DNA from: Leptospiraceae bacterium | GTDB lineage: Bacteria; Spirochaetota; Leptospiria; Leptospirales; Leptonemataceae | Direction: 5' to 3' | Assembly (NCBI GenBank): GCA_026418015.1 | Contig: JAOACE010000017.1 | Location: 7,514 to 71,513 of the forward strand | DNA length: 64,000 nucleotides | Part shown: one piece after another, positions 62,932 to 64,000 of the stretch | Layout of the letters: each line of letters opens with the position of its first letter | How positions within the stretch are numbered: the stretch's first letter is position 1 | Position numbers and translations under genes: made by a program | The notes under the pieces: generated by a model | What the model was told of the DNA's origin: nothing | The model's input: the letters and a program-made list of their open reading frames with translations, nothing else | Databases searched by the model: none

Positions 62932-64000
62932 ATGGCGTTTGAATGGGTACATTTTCAATTTCCTACAAAAATACACATAGAAAAAGATTCTACCCATAAG
63001 ATGGGAAGTTATATTGCAGATTTTGCAAAACGCGTTTTCCTTTTTACAATCAAAAATGAATTGCGAAACGAAGATGATTTTTTGATCTTAAAAACAAGTT
63101 TAGAGAGAAATGGTGTTTCTTGTATCGTTAACGATGAATTAGTATCAAGACCAACCCATGATCAAATAGAATCGATTTCTTATTTTTTAAAAAAAAGTGG
63201 AATTGATCTAATTGTAGCTTATGGAGGAAAGTTTACTTTTCATGTTGCTAGAACATTAAGTTTTCTTGCTACAAATGATTATCTGGTTCAGGTATCGGAA
63301 GATCCATCTTTTAAAATATACTATCAATACACAAAGGATTTAGTATCTTCCAAAATCGAAGTAAAAAAAGATCCTTTACCGTTGATATGTATACCAAGTG
63401 TATTCAGCATGGGAGAAGAAGCATCTCCGGATATATTCAATTATGATAGTGAAAGAAGAACATTTTTTTATCATCGTAATTTTAAGTTTTTTCCACAGGC
63501 TATAATGATTGATCCAAATATTATAACAAATATGTCTAAATTGGAATTAACGCGATCCGCAATGTCGATCATTTCTGCATCCGTAGAGAGTATTCTATCG
63601 CGAAATTCTAATGAAATCACAACAGCTTTATCGCTAAAAGCTATTGATCAGGTAGCAAGAAGTATTCGCATTTTAATGAAGAACCCAGAAAACGATGCAG
63701 CAAGAATAAATCTGGCTATTGCTAATACGGTTTGTGGTATTGCTCATTCTAATACAAGTTTAGGACTTTGTTATAGCATTGCTTTATCTATCCATTTATT
63801 GACGGGAATTGATTTTTATCAGGCTTATGCAATATTACTTCCTCATGTGATGGAATATAACCTTACTACTTCTGCCAAAACTTATGTACAAATAGCACAA
63901 GCATTAAGCGAAGATATATCTCAAATTACTATTATTGAGGCAGCTATTAAAGCTATCGAAGGTGTAAGAAAACTCCATCTAGAATTAGAACTATCTTATC
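62932..64000 (+). CDS. Iron-containing alcohol dehydrogenase family protein (3' end outside the window)
   Basis: This frame is open from ATG 62932 to the window edge and is not in the ORF track because there is no stop. Fe-ADH-like layout: IDLIVAYGGKFTFHVAR, PLICIPS, AMSIISASVESILS, AILLPHVMEYN. The canonical metal-binding His motifs are not obvious by eye. Confidence 0.6.
   Translation, partial: MAFEWVHFQFPTKIHIEKDSTHKMGSYIADFAKRVFLFTIKNELRNEDDFLILKTSLERNGVSCIVNDELVSRPTHDQIESISYFLKKSGIDLIVAYGGKFTFHVARTLSFLATNDYLVQVSEDPSFKIYYQYTKDLVSSKIEVKKDPLPLICIPSVFSMGEEASPDIFNYDSERRTFFYHRNFKFFPQAIMIDPNIITNMSKLELTRSAMSIISASVESILSRNSNEITTALSLKAIDQVARSIRILMKNPENDAARINLAIANTVCGIAHSNTSLGLCYSIALSIHLLTGIDFYQAYAILLPHVMEYNLTTSAKTYVQIAQALSEDISQITIIEAAIKAIEGVRKLHLELELSY

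Noticed and set aside
1-64000. CpG dinucleotides appear mostly in a T-CG-A/T context, and TTCGAA, ATCGAA and ATCGAT are strikingly frequent by eye despite the AT-richness. This could signal a codon-pair bias or a TCGA-related methylation or restriction history.
   Set aside because: I cannot quantify this without computation. It may simply reflect preferred codon pairs (TTC/ATC followed by GAA/GAT) and use of the Ser TCG codon. An observed/expected k-mer analysis with a codon-shuffled null model would be needed before claiming anything.
1-64000. A search for CRISPR arrays, IS elements, integrases, prophage genes and rRNA operons. I also asked whether tRNA-Arg (51870-51943) marks an integration site.
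   Set aside because: I saw no regularly spaced direct repeats, transposase or integrase motifs, or phage structural genes. The genes flanking the tRNAs are ordinary housekeeping genes, and the accessory RM/mer patch is 3.5 kb away from the tRNA, with core genes in between.
62932-64000. The apparent absence of the canonical Fe-binding His motifs in the Fe-ADH-like protein (for example, DFYQAYAILLPHV where PHG.ANAI.LPHV is expected), which might indicate a non-catalytic paralogue.
   Set aside because: The gene is truncated by the window edge and my by-eye alignment of this region is uncertain. It needs a profile alignment before it can be reported as a finding.

Overview
This is a 64-kb chromosomal segment from a very AT-rich bacterium, roughly 30% G+C by eye. 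It is densely packed, with many 1-4 nt gene overlaps. I support about 63 protein-coding genes, 3 tRNAs (Val-TAC, Phe-GAA, Arg-ACG), several intrinsic terminators and a few candidate operators. I saw no rRNA, CRISPR array, transposase or integrase.

Housekeeping genes include acs (two copies), argJ, lexA, rpsT, hisD, hom, bioB, hppA, thiD and ilvE. They are interleaved with an unusually rich signalling repertoire:
- three SpoIIE/PP2C-type proteins, one of them catalytically degenerate, plus a STAS protein
- a 7TMR-DISM adenylate cyclase
- three cNMP-binding proteins
- two multi-TM chemoreceptors and a receiver protein

This content is reminiscent of Leptospira-like spirochaetes, but the taxon cannot be established from the sequence alone.

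The most interesting regions are:
1. 33.4-41.7 kb: a compact cluster of porin, chemoreceptor, cNMP/CBS/DUF294 nucleotidyltransferase, DEDD exonuclease and a second Acs. The central nucleotidyltransferase-exonuclease pair has no known mechanism.
2. 55.3-59.9 kb: an accessory patch in which a Dam-class methyltransferase and an unclassifiable putative restriction gene separate a MerP-like gene from a G+C-richer merTP. The merTP gene carries two in-frame G-to-T nonsense codons and is followed by an apparently intact core merA.
3. An RsmG-SpoU fused RNA methyltransferase.
4. A BshB1-like/BshC-like gene pair.
5. An orphan promoter-to-T-run unit holding a 48-codon ORF or a structured RNA.
6. Two 16-bp TTGAY-N6-RTCAA palindromes that could be sites for the locally encoded Crp-family regulators.

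All family assignments come from motif recognition by eye, not from database searches.
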